Shown here piece after piece: positions 1-10,859 of a DNA stretch of 64,000 nt; the first letter of the stretch is position 1, and every line of letters begins with the position of its first letter. This DNA comes from Neoechinorhynchus agilis (lineage: Eukaryota; Animalia; Acanthocephala), in the NCBI GenBank assembly GCA_051530055.1, contig CM121343.1:5736389-5800388 (forward strand). The letters run 5' to 3'. The translations under genes and the position numbers were made by a program. Below the pieces are notes generated by a model. It did no database searches. It worked only from the letters and a program-made list of their open reading frames with translations, and had not been told where the DNA came from.

Positions 1-46
1 ATCTGGAAGGGCGGGTCCGCGAAATTTAGGTGACCCATCATCCGTT

Positions 47-578
47 GGATGATTCAGACATTTTCTCAAGGATTGTCATTGTTTTCAGGAATAACCGAAA
101 AAAATATCGGGCGAATGTTTAATTCAAGTTCGCCATGTCAAAAATATGAACTGCGATTCGTACCGAATGATAGTCATATTGATTTTTTCTTCTAATAGCT
201 AACTGATTGCCGATATTTCACGTAGGATGATTCCGACATTTTCTCAAGGATTGTCATTATTTTCGGGAAAAACGAAAAAATATCGGGGCGAATGTTTTAT
301 TCAAGTTCGCCATGTCAAAAATATGAAGTGCGATTCGTACCGTACGATAGTCATATTGATTTTTTCTTCTTCTAATAGCTAACGGATTGCCGATATTTCA
401 CGTAGGATGATTCCGACATTTTCTCAAGGTTTGTCATTGTTTTCTGGAAAAAAACGACAAAAAATATCGGGGCGAATGTATAATTCAAGTTCGCCATGTC
501 AAAAATATGAACTGCGATTCATACCGTACGATAGTCATATTGATTTTTTCTTCTTCTAATAGCTAACTGATTGCCGAT
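47..578. repeat. Tandem repeat, 3 copies of a ~180-bp unit
   Basis: GGATGATTC(A/C)GACATTTTCTCAAGG recurs at 47, 225 and 405; the copies are highly similar. Confidence 0.95.
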
Positions 579-1750
579 ACCAAAAAAACTTTTGTGACAA
601 TGTAAATTAAACTTCTATATTATGAAACGATGAACACGTTTCTGCGAACAATCTTCGGGGAAAGGCCGAGATTAAATTTAAGACTTTAAAGCCATTAATT
701 TATATAAAAGAGATGCTATAAAATGATAGACATGGTTGAGAGAAGGTTTTGTCAAGAGAGGAATTTCAGTTAATGAATGCGCTTGTTAATTCGATGATCT
801 TTTCTTATCGTTGCCATCATTTACGCTGACAGTAATTTGTCATTTTCGTATGCGTATAAATCGAACTTAAGTTTGCTATCATTTCAATCCGCCGCCGCCG
901 CCCCATAATGTGTTTTTCAATATTTCCAAAAGAAGTATTTCTTACACATTTTATTGGTCACATAAAAGTTGGCCAACTGAGTTAAACCAATTGTTTCTAG
1001 AGTAAACTGTCATAAAACCACGCAGGTCAATTGGGTCTTAATCCCAACGTACTTTTGGAGACAATGGTACCAAAAATAGTCGATTTGCCGACTTCAGTGA
1101 GTATGCAAGGGATGGATAGACTTCCACTTTGGAGAGACCTTTGGTGGAATACGATGTTCATTGTATATTATAGAACCGGGAAAGGAGAGAATCGAACCGT
1201 ATTGTAGAGTTGTTTTCGCCTGAACGGTTGATATTCGACGCCGAGGTGAGAGATGTTCCATTGATAGAGACGTTCATTTCATATTGATTCAAAAGGGAAC
1301 GGCATTGATGCTGTATAACAAAGACGAGTGCCGATGTTAAAGTAACACAGCAAGTTCAAAAAAAGAAAACTCAGTTTCTAGGTGGTACTCACTAATTTTA
1401 GACATGAGTATAAGATTTGTTGACCTTAAATTTGCCAAAAAGCATTTTTTTTAATTTGCATTGAATCTTGTTTTAGGCGAATAATTGCTTTTGTTGAGCA
1501 AATCGGAATCACTAAAAAGGCTTAAAATTAGATCGCTTCATAAAAAATATTCTGTCCAAAATTCAGGTGGTACTTTATTGAATTAAGATTGGGTTGAATT
1601 TTTATTCGATCCTGTAGATCGCAACTTTTTTCTATTAAATGTCGACCAAGAACGATATTCCGTCTCTTTATTTCTAGTAACACGATAATTAACCTTTAAC
1701 CAAAATACAGGCGTAGGTTTGAAGAATAGCGAGTACCGCTCAAAGGAGTA

Positions 1751-1825
1751 GGAAACTCACTGATGAGTACTACCTCTTCGGAAGGTATCTGAGGATCCGG
1801 AAAAATGTGTACAAACTCGTAACCG
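1751..1825 (+). repeat. Solo, diverged, inverted copy of part of the 193-bp array unit (18.7-20.3 kb), carrying hammerhead-like words
   Basis: GGAAACTCACTGATGAGT...GGTAT(C/T)TGAGGATCCGGA...GTACAAA(A)CTC matches the reverse complement of the array unit at roughly 80% over ~75 nt. Confidence 0.8.
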
Positions 1826-3017
1826 TGATAGTCGAAGATATTCAACAGTTGACTGTTTACCTAAAGGAAAAAGAAGGGACGGGATTGTTGCGACAAAAGC
1901 AAATGAAATTACTGAATATCATCACATCTTTGTACAAATGCAAACCTGGACGTTCTCCACTGAATGGCGGAAGCGAGGATTTGCACATTCCTATGACATC
2001 TTCTTGCTAAAAGCATCTCTGAATCAATATGATTCATGGATCATACGGAAATATCCATGTTCCATAGATGAGATACACAATTTGGAGATGATGGGGTTAT
2101 CTTCAATATGGACTTCGATCTACAGCAAACGATCAAGGGTAATATAATGTCGAAGGCGTATAGTTTCATAAATGCTTTTTTCCCTGAATATCTTTGTTAA
2201 AATTGCTATAAATTATTCACGGGCAACCCAGGATAAAACGACTAATCATTAACATTCTCGAAACACTTTGTTACTACTTCGCTGTGTGGATAAATTTTTT
2301 GGGAACGTTACCTTTTGTAATAGCCATTTACACGCTGAATTCGACTATCTTGTTTGAAAGTATTGTTCAGGAAAAACAAAAACTTCAATAAAGCTCGAGT
2401 ATGTTACAATTCGCCATTTTCATCACGACGTTGCTTCATTAGATACGTGAATGAGAATTGATGGAAATTATCTGTTACTAATGGTTAAAAGACCACATTA
2501 AAATGGGTAAATTGAAGAATGAAGTATTCATAAAGATCCAGAGGTAAACTCACTTTAGATTTGTCCGTTTATGTAGCCCGGTGTTAATATCCTTTGACCG
2601 AGTCGATGTGATTATTGATTCCATGAATGGCGTCAAATCATACGAGACGAACGTTCAATGGGAGAGAGAGAATGTGGGTTGACGGCAAGAATTGAATCTT
2701 TAACGGGCGTACAACGAAATGTTGACCGAAGGTGAAGAAACAGCTCCTAAAAAAACCCAATTACCAAGAAAACTACGTCCATCGAAGACTTTTAAGTTTT
2801 GAACGATCGACCGGTACCGTCGCCTACTTTAATTTTTCAATCGCAACTGATGCGAATTCCAGAGCATCGTTATACAATTTAATATTTGACAACGAAGTGA
2901 AATCGTGAGAAAAATTCGAATTTAAAAAATCGAGATATTCGGACCTCTGCTTAGGACAATCTAAGAAGCATTCATTCTTTTTAGAATCGGTTAAAAATTA
3001 AATCAAAAAGTGTAATG

Positions 3018-3872
3018 TTATTCCTTATACTTGTATTTATCGTCCCATGGATTAGTGTTGGGGACTTTCCGATCTGTTTTGTTAGTGACCTTTTCAACTA
3101 CTGGAGGAAGTTCAAACTGACTGATTGGCACTATAAGGTCGACGGGGCTCAGTTGTTCAATGGGAGAATGAAATTCGTATAGAACGGTTGTTGAAGGTGG
3201 CAAAGCAAGAACGTCCTTAAATTTCCTCCCGATTCTTCGTTGAAGGGCTTCATCGAAGCCATTTCGAGTCCAGAGTGCAATTTTGCACCCATTTTTCCTA
3301 ACCGATAGAACTGCACCTACGAGGCATCCTTCATCCAAATCTCCGAATTGATCTCCTACAATGGCCATAAGTAGATGAAGCCAACAGGCGTCCAGATCGA
3401 CGGCGGTGTGTCGTTTATCGATGAAGAAAACCCATCGGCCACCATTAATATTCATCGGATCTTCCCACATTGGTTGAATTCCACGCTTGAAGACCATCAG
3501 ATCGGTGTTGAAGTGGAGTTTATTGACGGTTTGGAGATGGTTAATCACTGACCAAAACTCTTCGGCAGTTTCGACATTGCTCACGAACACAATGTTATCA
3601 CGCCAAGCACGCGACTGCTCATTCTTCAGAAAGTAAAACGACCAAGCATTCTCGAGAGGAAACATCGATTGCGTACCCCGTGACGTCACACTCACCCGCC
3701 TCGTGCCCACGGCAGCGACAGCTCTAACAGCCGATGTTTTATCACATGGAACATCCATTGTTGTCTGAGACGGATTCACATTGTTCGGCATCGTCGACGG
3801 GCAGTGCTTTTGGTCGTCGAGTGAGGAGCAGGAATGCGCGAACGGCGACGACGATGTACATTGACATGCCAT
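3018..3872 (-). CDS. EIF4E: Cap-binding translation initiation factor eIF4E (class I-like), intronless, with N- and C-terminal extensions
   Basis: PLENAWSFYF...RAW...EEFW...IQPMWED...GGRW...CWL...VR..GCKIALWT aligns with the eIF4E core; W43, W56, W73, W102, E103, R157, K162 and W166 equivalents are retained. Confidence 0.95.
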   Translation of the reverse strand: MACQCTSSSPFAHSCSSLDDQKHCPSTMPNNVNPSQTTMDVPCDKTSAVRAVAAVGTRRVSVTSRGTQSMFPLENAWSFYFLKNEQSRAWRDNIVFVSNVETAEEFWSVINHLQTVNKLHFNTDLMVFKRGIQPMWEDPMNINGGRWVFFIDKRHTAVDLDACWLHLLMAIVGDQFGDLDEGCLVGAVLSVRKNGCKIALWTRNGFDEALQRRIGRKFKDVLALPPSTTVLYEFHSPIEQLSPVDLIVPISQFELPPVVEKVTNKTDRKVPNTNPWDDKYKYKE

Positions 3873-4088
3873 CGGGTCGGAAAGAATCCAAAAGCGATGA
3901 CGCGCTCTATTACGTCTTTTTTTAGCAATTTTATGGAAGCGCTAGAAATATCAAGGCGGCCTATTGTTAAGTGGCTCAAAATTCAACTACCCACCGTTGA
4001 CATGAACTAGATCAAAAATCAATGTTTACTGGATCAAAAAGTGCGATCGCATGGGATATTAAATTTCTCATCTTGGTCTCCGCGCGGT

Positions 4089-4178
4089 TGAAAACGTCTT
4101 CATTAAAGATGTCGGGTTCATCATCAGTTTGGTTGAACTTCAAGAACTCGACGAGGTTCGAAACGTCTTCATTAAAAA
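4089..4178. mobile_element. Scrambled fragment of foldback family A (two half-hammerheads)
   Basis: Contains GTCGGGTTCATCATCAG (reverse complement of CTGATGA-T-GAACCCGAC) and CGACGAGGTTCGAAACGTC, as at 27016-27068; AAACGTCTTCATTAAA is directly repeated. Confidence 0.7.
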
Positions 4179-4446
4179 CGTTCTCTAAAGATCAATGCAA
4201 AAAAATTAATTTGATCATGCGGTTCACGAGATGATTTCTGACTTTTCGCAATATCTCAATAAAAACACTTCGTTCAAGCAAACTCATAATTGGTTCAAAA
4301 ATAATAAACAAAAGAAGATTGAATTGTTCATATTAGTTGTTTTCTGGCCATGCAAACAACATTAATCAAAAGACGTACAAGATTGTGCCGCTACGTAAAC
4401 AATCAACAGTTTAAAAAAAAATTTAAATAAACATTCAATAGTATTC

Positions 4447-4743
4447 TCAATCGTACTTCACCGTCCCCAAGACGCTCGCTGCGTTTCCTCGCTGGATAGC
4501 CAAGGATATGTTCTGCACTAGGAACGAACGAGCCCTCCTATCATTGGTCGAGTCGATCAGTCGATGCCCCAGTTCGAAAACAAAACTCCTCGCCGCACGT
4601 CCGAAAGCTCCTAAGGTTTCCACTGCGAAGGGGACAAAATGATAAGAATTTGTAAAATCGGCGTATTTTGCAACTTTACGAAGCTCAGCTGCTGATGCGG
4701 CTCCCCCAGCCCCGGAGGATGCATCTCGCAGATTGCTGGCTGC
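4447..4743 (-). mobile_element. 3' end of a CRE-type non-LTR retrotransposon (restriction-like endonuclease C-terminus), 5'-truncated
   Basis: Manual translation of a Met-less open frame: ...AELRKVAKYADFTNSYHFVPFAVETLGAFG...DRRARSFLVQNISLAIQRGNAASVLGT, the typical CRE-clade RLE tail. Confidence 0.85.
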
Positions 4744-5248
4744 AAAATAAAATCATTTTAACTCTTTTCTACACGATATATAAAACAACCAACATATAGA
4801 AAGGAACTGAACAAGCGATCGCTGCATTAAAACTTGGGGAATTTGGAAATGTAGCAAACACATATTGCAAATCGTTCCGAGATTTGAAAGTTATGAAGCT
4901 GTTTTTCGCAGTGGGAGTTAGTTAACGCGACTTATTTTCAGTCGTCCCGAAAAGTTACTATAACCAATTTATTCAATGACTCTTTTTAACTTTAAGCATA
5001 ACATATAAGCAGAAACTTTAGACGACATTTTAAATTTTGTTTATTATTTAGATTTTATCTAAAGGAAACAATTCTCAATAGATACAAGACTTTTCCGTTA
5101 GGAACCTTATGGAATGCTCAAGAGGTTAGTCTAGTACTACAGCTTTCAAGAGGTAAATTTAGATTTCTGGATTTTCTCACAACGCTAATGAAGAACATAA
5201 ATCGATTTCATATATCATTTTCCTCGGAGTAAATTTGATTGTACGTTG

Positions 5249-6115
5249 GCGAATCCTGTCCGCGGTGTTATCGATACTCATTTATTTGAGAAATATTTCA
5301 CAAGGTTTTCCTTGCCTCTTCAGTCGCTATTGCTTGTAAGTTTTAAATGTGTGGATTGCGAATCCTGTCTCCGGTGTTATCGATACTCATTTATTTGAGA
5401 AATATTTCACAAGGTTTTCCTTGCTTCTTCAGTCGCTATTGCTTGTAAGTTTTAAATGTGTGGATTGCGAATCCTGTCTCCGGTGTTATCGATACTCATT
5501 TATTTGAGAAATATTTCACAAGGTTTTCCTTGCCTCTTCAGTCGCTATTGCTTGTAAGTTTTAAATGTGTGGATTGCGAATTCTGTCTCCGGTGTTATCG
5601 ATACTCATTTATTTGAGAAATATTTCACAAGGTTTTCCTTGCCTCTTCAGTCGCTATTGCTTGTAAGTTTTAAATGTGTGGATTGCGAATCCTGTCTCCG
5701 GTGTTATCGATACTCATTTATTTGAGAAATATTTCACAAGGTTTTCCTTGCTTCTTCAGTCGCTATTGCTTGTAAGTTTTAAATGTGTGGATTGCGAATC
5801 CTGTCTCCGGTGTTATCGATACTCATTTATTTGAGAAATATTTCACAAGGTTTTCCTTGCTTCTTCAGTCGCTATTGCTTGTAAGTTTTAAATGTGTGGA
5901 TTGCGAATCCTGTCTCCGGTGTTATCGATACTCATTTATTTGAGAAATATTTCACAAGGTTTTCCTTGCCTCTTCAGTCGCTATTGCTTGTAAGTTTTAA
6001 ATGTGTGGATTGCGAATTCTGTCCCCGGTGTTATCGATACTCATTTAATTGAGAAATATTTCACAAGGTTTTCCTTGCCTCTTCAGTCGCTATTGCTTGT
6101 AATTTTTTAAATATG
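5249..6115. repeat. Tandem array, 8 x 109 bp
   Basis: GCGAAT(C/T)CTGTC recurs at 5249, 5358, 5467, 5576, 5685, 5794, 5903 and 6012. Confidence 0.97.
5288..5327 (-). ncRNA. Minimal type I hammerhead ribozyme (one of 8 copies, one per 109-bp unit)
   Basis: GCGA-CUGAAGA-R-GCAAGG-AAAA-CCUUGU-GAAA-UA-UU-UCUC: full core, 6-bp stem II, palindromic GAAAUAUUUC stem III; stem I is weak (3 of 4 pairs). Confidence 0.7.
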
Positions 6116-6273
6116 TAAGTTCGTCATTTAAAAACTTGCGAAACAATAGCGAGCGAAGAGGCAAGGAAAACCTTGTGAAATATTTCTCAAATAAATGAGT
6201 ATCGATAACACTGGGGACATGATTCACCAACGTACAATAAATCGATTTTATCAGGTATACGTCTTATTTGCTC

Positions 6274-9200
6274 TTAATTTTTTACTACAGTGATATAGTC
6301 ATGCATCATTTCATTGAACAATTTGACAGTTATGTCCACGACATCGCTAACGTCTTGGGTCCAGTCAGACTCGGCTATCATGTCCAACAGTTCTGCGTAT
6401 TTTGGGTGATCGGCATCGCCATAGATCAGAACGGACTCGTATAGAATAATGGCGGCTTCTTGCCGAACTCGAGGTAATTCAGACGATAAAAGTTGTTTCA
6501 GCTTTTCTCCGATCGCCAAATCACATGACGTATTAAATTGGATACTTCGTATGACAATAAATGCCGTGCAGTGTAGCACTGAACTGTTCTTCAGCTGCAA
6601 CGCCGTCTCACATATAAAATCAATCATCCTTTTCATCTTGTGTCCTCCAACTTCATCCACAAACTGCTTCAAAACCTCATAGCTCATGAAGACACGAACA
6701 GTGATCAAGTACTTCAGTAACAATGATCCTTTATCTTTCAAAAGCAACATATACGAAAAAATTGAATCGAATATCTTCCCAATAACTTTCATATTATATT
6801 GGTGGCGTAGCGAGAATTCAAGCAAGCAATCTATAATATGAAAATCTTTACAAATTAAGTCAAAAAGATTTCCATATCCTATTCTTGTAATTTTTGATTG
6901 TGAAGATTGAAGGTTGCAAAGATGAGGTATAAGCCAGTTTAGAGGACCATACTCAACGATGCATATATCCATTATCTTATAATAAAAGCAGAGCTCATCT
7001 TGATTTCGGTTTTTAAGGTATTCGTCCCTCATTTTAGCAATCATTTCAATACTTTGAAGGATCGACCCGTACGTAGCGTCCAATTCGAACAAGGAAAACA
7101 AACCGCGAATATGAACCATGGCCGTATGATCGATTATGCATAGTCCTCCAACCAAGGCTGTTTTGAACATCCTCTGAACTTGATTTGGTATAAATTTGTA
7201 ATGTGGATTTATCGTAAGCCACATATTAAGAAAACTCAACAACTCATTGAACGCAGTTTCTCTTATAATTCTACCGACGTCACCGTTGAGTATTCGGGTC
7301 CTATCGTTCATCATATCAATGAAAAAGTCAAACGCGTACTCAAACAATTGAGTATTATCCGCCTGCATCGATTCGCATAAAATCTGACTAACACACTTGA
7401 TGCCCACGGCTCTTGAATTTATATTTTTCTTGTAAGTGAATTTTTCTCCAACAAGAGATACCAATGTTTCGATAACACGAGAATTCGATCGAAGGAAAGT
7501 TACTGGATAAGAATTGAATAATAAGAAATATCCAGCTCTTACGTGATCATCACTTGGAGAAACACTCTTAGTGCGGACCGAGTGATTCTCGAAGAAATCA
7601 GAGCAATGGGCAGTTTGAACGAGATATGCCTTCGCAGCTTTACAAGCTTCCGATTGAGTATCATCAGATTTGCATTCAATTGACTTAATCGGAGGAATCT
7701 TATGATGCAAGAAAATACAACTGTGGTGAATTTTCGCCTTAAAGAACTTCACTAAAGTAGATCATCCTGTAAACAACAGAACTATTCTTCGATAATTTAA
7801 CGAAAAACTAAATATATAATTGTCTATGAAGTGCAAATTTTCGATCAAAGGAATAAATTCAAACCAACCAGTAACTTATTTAATGCCTAAACGCCGCTTT
7901 TCAACGAAATTCATCTTTGAAATACTGAGTTTAAGTATCTGTAAAGCGTGGGATGCAACATGTTAGTCTCAAAAGACCTCTTCCATCCGTAATCGTGAGG
8001 ATATGCAATGAGAAGGAATGAACTTGAAAAGATGTCGTATTCGATTTTTGTGAAAAACATTAACAAAAATTGTAAGATTCCTCGTCGTAAAGATTAGATC
8101 CTCGCAATCAATCTGCAGCGTATTCTCGCGGTCCCAATCAAATCGCCGAAACTCACAAAGTCGTAAGATGAGGTTTGAGGCCGAATATAAGACATGACAA
8201 GCACTTAAGCACATAGCATCGAATGATTGAGCAATTATACGGAGGAGATTTTTCGATTTTAAGAACAAATCCTCGTTTTCATGTGAGCAGCACAAAAGTG
8301 CACCCAAAAGCATGACTCCACCATGCACGAGGGACACATCGCATATATCCAATTTTTCAATATCAAACAACTCATTGAGCAAAGGTTCGGACTTTTGGTA
8401 TACAATTTCGTAGAAATTAGCAGACACTCTAAACAACGACTGGGCAGCGTTAATTCGAACTTTGGGGTGCCAATGTCTGAGACATACGGTTACTAAGTGA
8501 TTTACGATCACCAGTCTGTAAGGATTTCGAAGAGTCAGGGAAACTCCAAAATCAAATGCAGAAGCAAGGGTCTTTACGTGAGCGGCATCAAGGTCCAAGA
8601 CCACATAATCTTCGTCTCGGTTATCGCGCATGCGACCAGCGAGTTCCTGATAAGCAGCAACCGAGGCTAATCGGCATCTTTCCTCCCGGTCAAATGAAGC
8701 AAGACATAGGAGAACGGAGTGCATTCGCTTCAATGTAGTTTTGTTTCTCACGTTGTAGGATCTCGCAATCGACCAAAGTCCAAAACATACACTGTCGCGG
8801 ACTCCTAATCCGCAGGATACATTTATCAATGCCCGCTCATAAAATGCAAAGTCGCACAAACGGTTTACAACAGAAGGTTGTGAAAATGCGTCGGATTCTT
8901 GTATTCAATCAACGACCAATGCTAATTACCTTCGAAGGATTTCTACTTACTAGATTAATAAAATTTAAAGCTGTAGGAAGCCTCAGGTTCTAAATGTGCT
9001 CGCTAGGAATGCAAAATATTCAATAATCGCCGTCTTTTTCACAATCCTCTTATGACAACTGTCTCAAGGGCGAACGGAGGAATCGTCTTGTGATAGCCCA
9101 GCTCCGCCAGGCAAAGACAACCTCCTAGGACTCTATTAACATCGGATTGGTGTGCAGTTAGTGAGTAAATCCTATTTAAGACTTTTGCAATTTCTTCTTT

Positions 9201-10859
9201 ATCCATAAAGGCCACGATACGTGCCAAGCATTCAGCTCCTTTCCACTTACACGTAAAGTCTCCATTTTCGATGTTTGCGAACATTACACTTTTCGCATAA
9301 AGAAGCAAATGGTCGGCACCTGACTTAGAGGTGGTTTTCTCCCCATTGCTTGTGGAAACCTGCGTCGGCAATATTTGTTCATCAAAGTGTTTTTTATGCA
9401 TAATCATTTCACAAAATCGATTAAGTATCTTCATATCGAAAATCTTAGCTTTAAAATTCGTGCTCATTGACCATTCACGTGCTCGCGACACGCATACATA
9501 CTCGTCCATCAAAAGCTTAGCAATATCGTGGTCCATACATCTTAACATTTCATAGAACAAAACCATCGCAGATTCCAACTTCATATTATCGGACGTTTTT
9601 AAATGGGAAAATACGTCCACTGTAACCGAACATAGGCGAGTGATTGAAATGTCAAATCTATTTAAAAAATATCCAAAGGTTCTTGAAGCGCTGTGGATAC
9701 AGACAGCACGATCGCCATTAATGGAAAACAGTGAACATATATTTAGAATCCTGGACGTTAGAGATGTGGTCTCCATTTGATCTTTTACTTCTATTGCACC
9801 AATGGCGAATGGCGCTTGAATAAGGACTGAAAGCCAATCAAATAGAAACGCGAAAATGTCAGCATGAGTCGAAGCGTCCAAATTTTCAATTATGACTAAG
9901 ATGAGCCAACAAAGAAGTGAAAACACATAAAAACCAAGTGCGTTCAAAAATCTATCTTCGAAATTCAATAATTATGCACCAAACATTTCTGAGATTACTC
10001 ATCATGAAAAACAAGGTGGAGATTATAATCCTCCGGGTGGAAAATATTTTTTGGAAATATTTCGATCGTTAAATTATTGAAAAAAAATGCAAATAAAAAA
10101 TATTTTATATTCTGTTCTCTTATTGGAAATACTACTCTTATTTAAGCATTGAGTTTTTGTTTGGCCCTAAATATTATTAGTAATTAGCGGTACAATGTAC
10201 AAACTCCAATAAGTATCGCGCACACGTGATTGTTATTCTGACGCCGATTGGTTGTAAATACCAGCTTACATTTTAATTGCACTTTTGAGGATGCCGAAAA
10301 TCCAAGAAAGATCCTCATTGGGTAGGGACCAATATCATTGGGTGTTTTAGTGGTAAGAAGAGTAAAACATAGGGTTTTAGATATTAACGGGCACGAATAA
10401 AAATCCAGCGTCCAAAAAAAGTGGAAATGCATTAAAATGTTCTATTTTAATTTGGAAGGACTTTGAGAATGGATTCTTTAGTCGGGAAAATGTTGGCTCG
10501 CTTGGGTCTAAATAGACAACTTTTTCTAAATACTGAATTTCCGTCGGTAAGAACGATCTGAAAACGTTGTAAGAAAGTACTCGTTTGACATGATTGAGCA
10601 TAAGACAAGCCACATATTCTTTTTCCTGAAATTTGCGATTTTCATCAATAGCGGAGGAGACTATATAGACCAGCTTTGGGCAGCCGTCGTTGAGAACACT
10701 GATCAATGGTAATTGGTCGTTATTGAACGCCCGAAGATATGATTCAAAGGAAAAAATAAATGTCCTATGATATTTCCCTTGTTCAGCTTGTGATATGGCA
10801 TCTTTAACTGCCGCGACATCCTCCTCAGATACAGGCTCAAACTTGTTTTCACTGATCAT
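6274..10859 (-). CDS. TBCD: Tubulin-specific chaperone D, multi-exon (ORF blocks 10377-10859, ~10184-10430, 9039-9968, 7969-8859, 6274-7752; exact splice sites not resolved)
   Basis: KWKGAECLARI...GGCLCLAELG, VRDSVCFGLWSIARSY...FDREERCRLASVAAYQELAGR and KRVLSYNVFRSFLPTEI match TBCD HEAT-repeat motifs. Confidence 0.9.

Larger units (their letters stand above)
5197..6248 (-). mobile_element. Non-autonomous PLE-type element D: TSD, 29-nt tail, 8 tandem HHR units, one inverted arm, TSD
   Basis: 12-bp direct repeat ATAAATCGATTT at 5197-5208 and 6237-6248; ~6140-6238 is the reverse complement of ~5238-5335; no ORF. Confidence 0.8.

Noticed and set aside
2400-2800. Possible Mutator-like transposase relic (ARIESL...)
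   Set aside because: One short motif in a frame with many stops; not distinguishable from chance.
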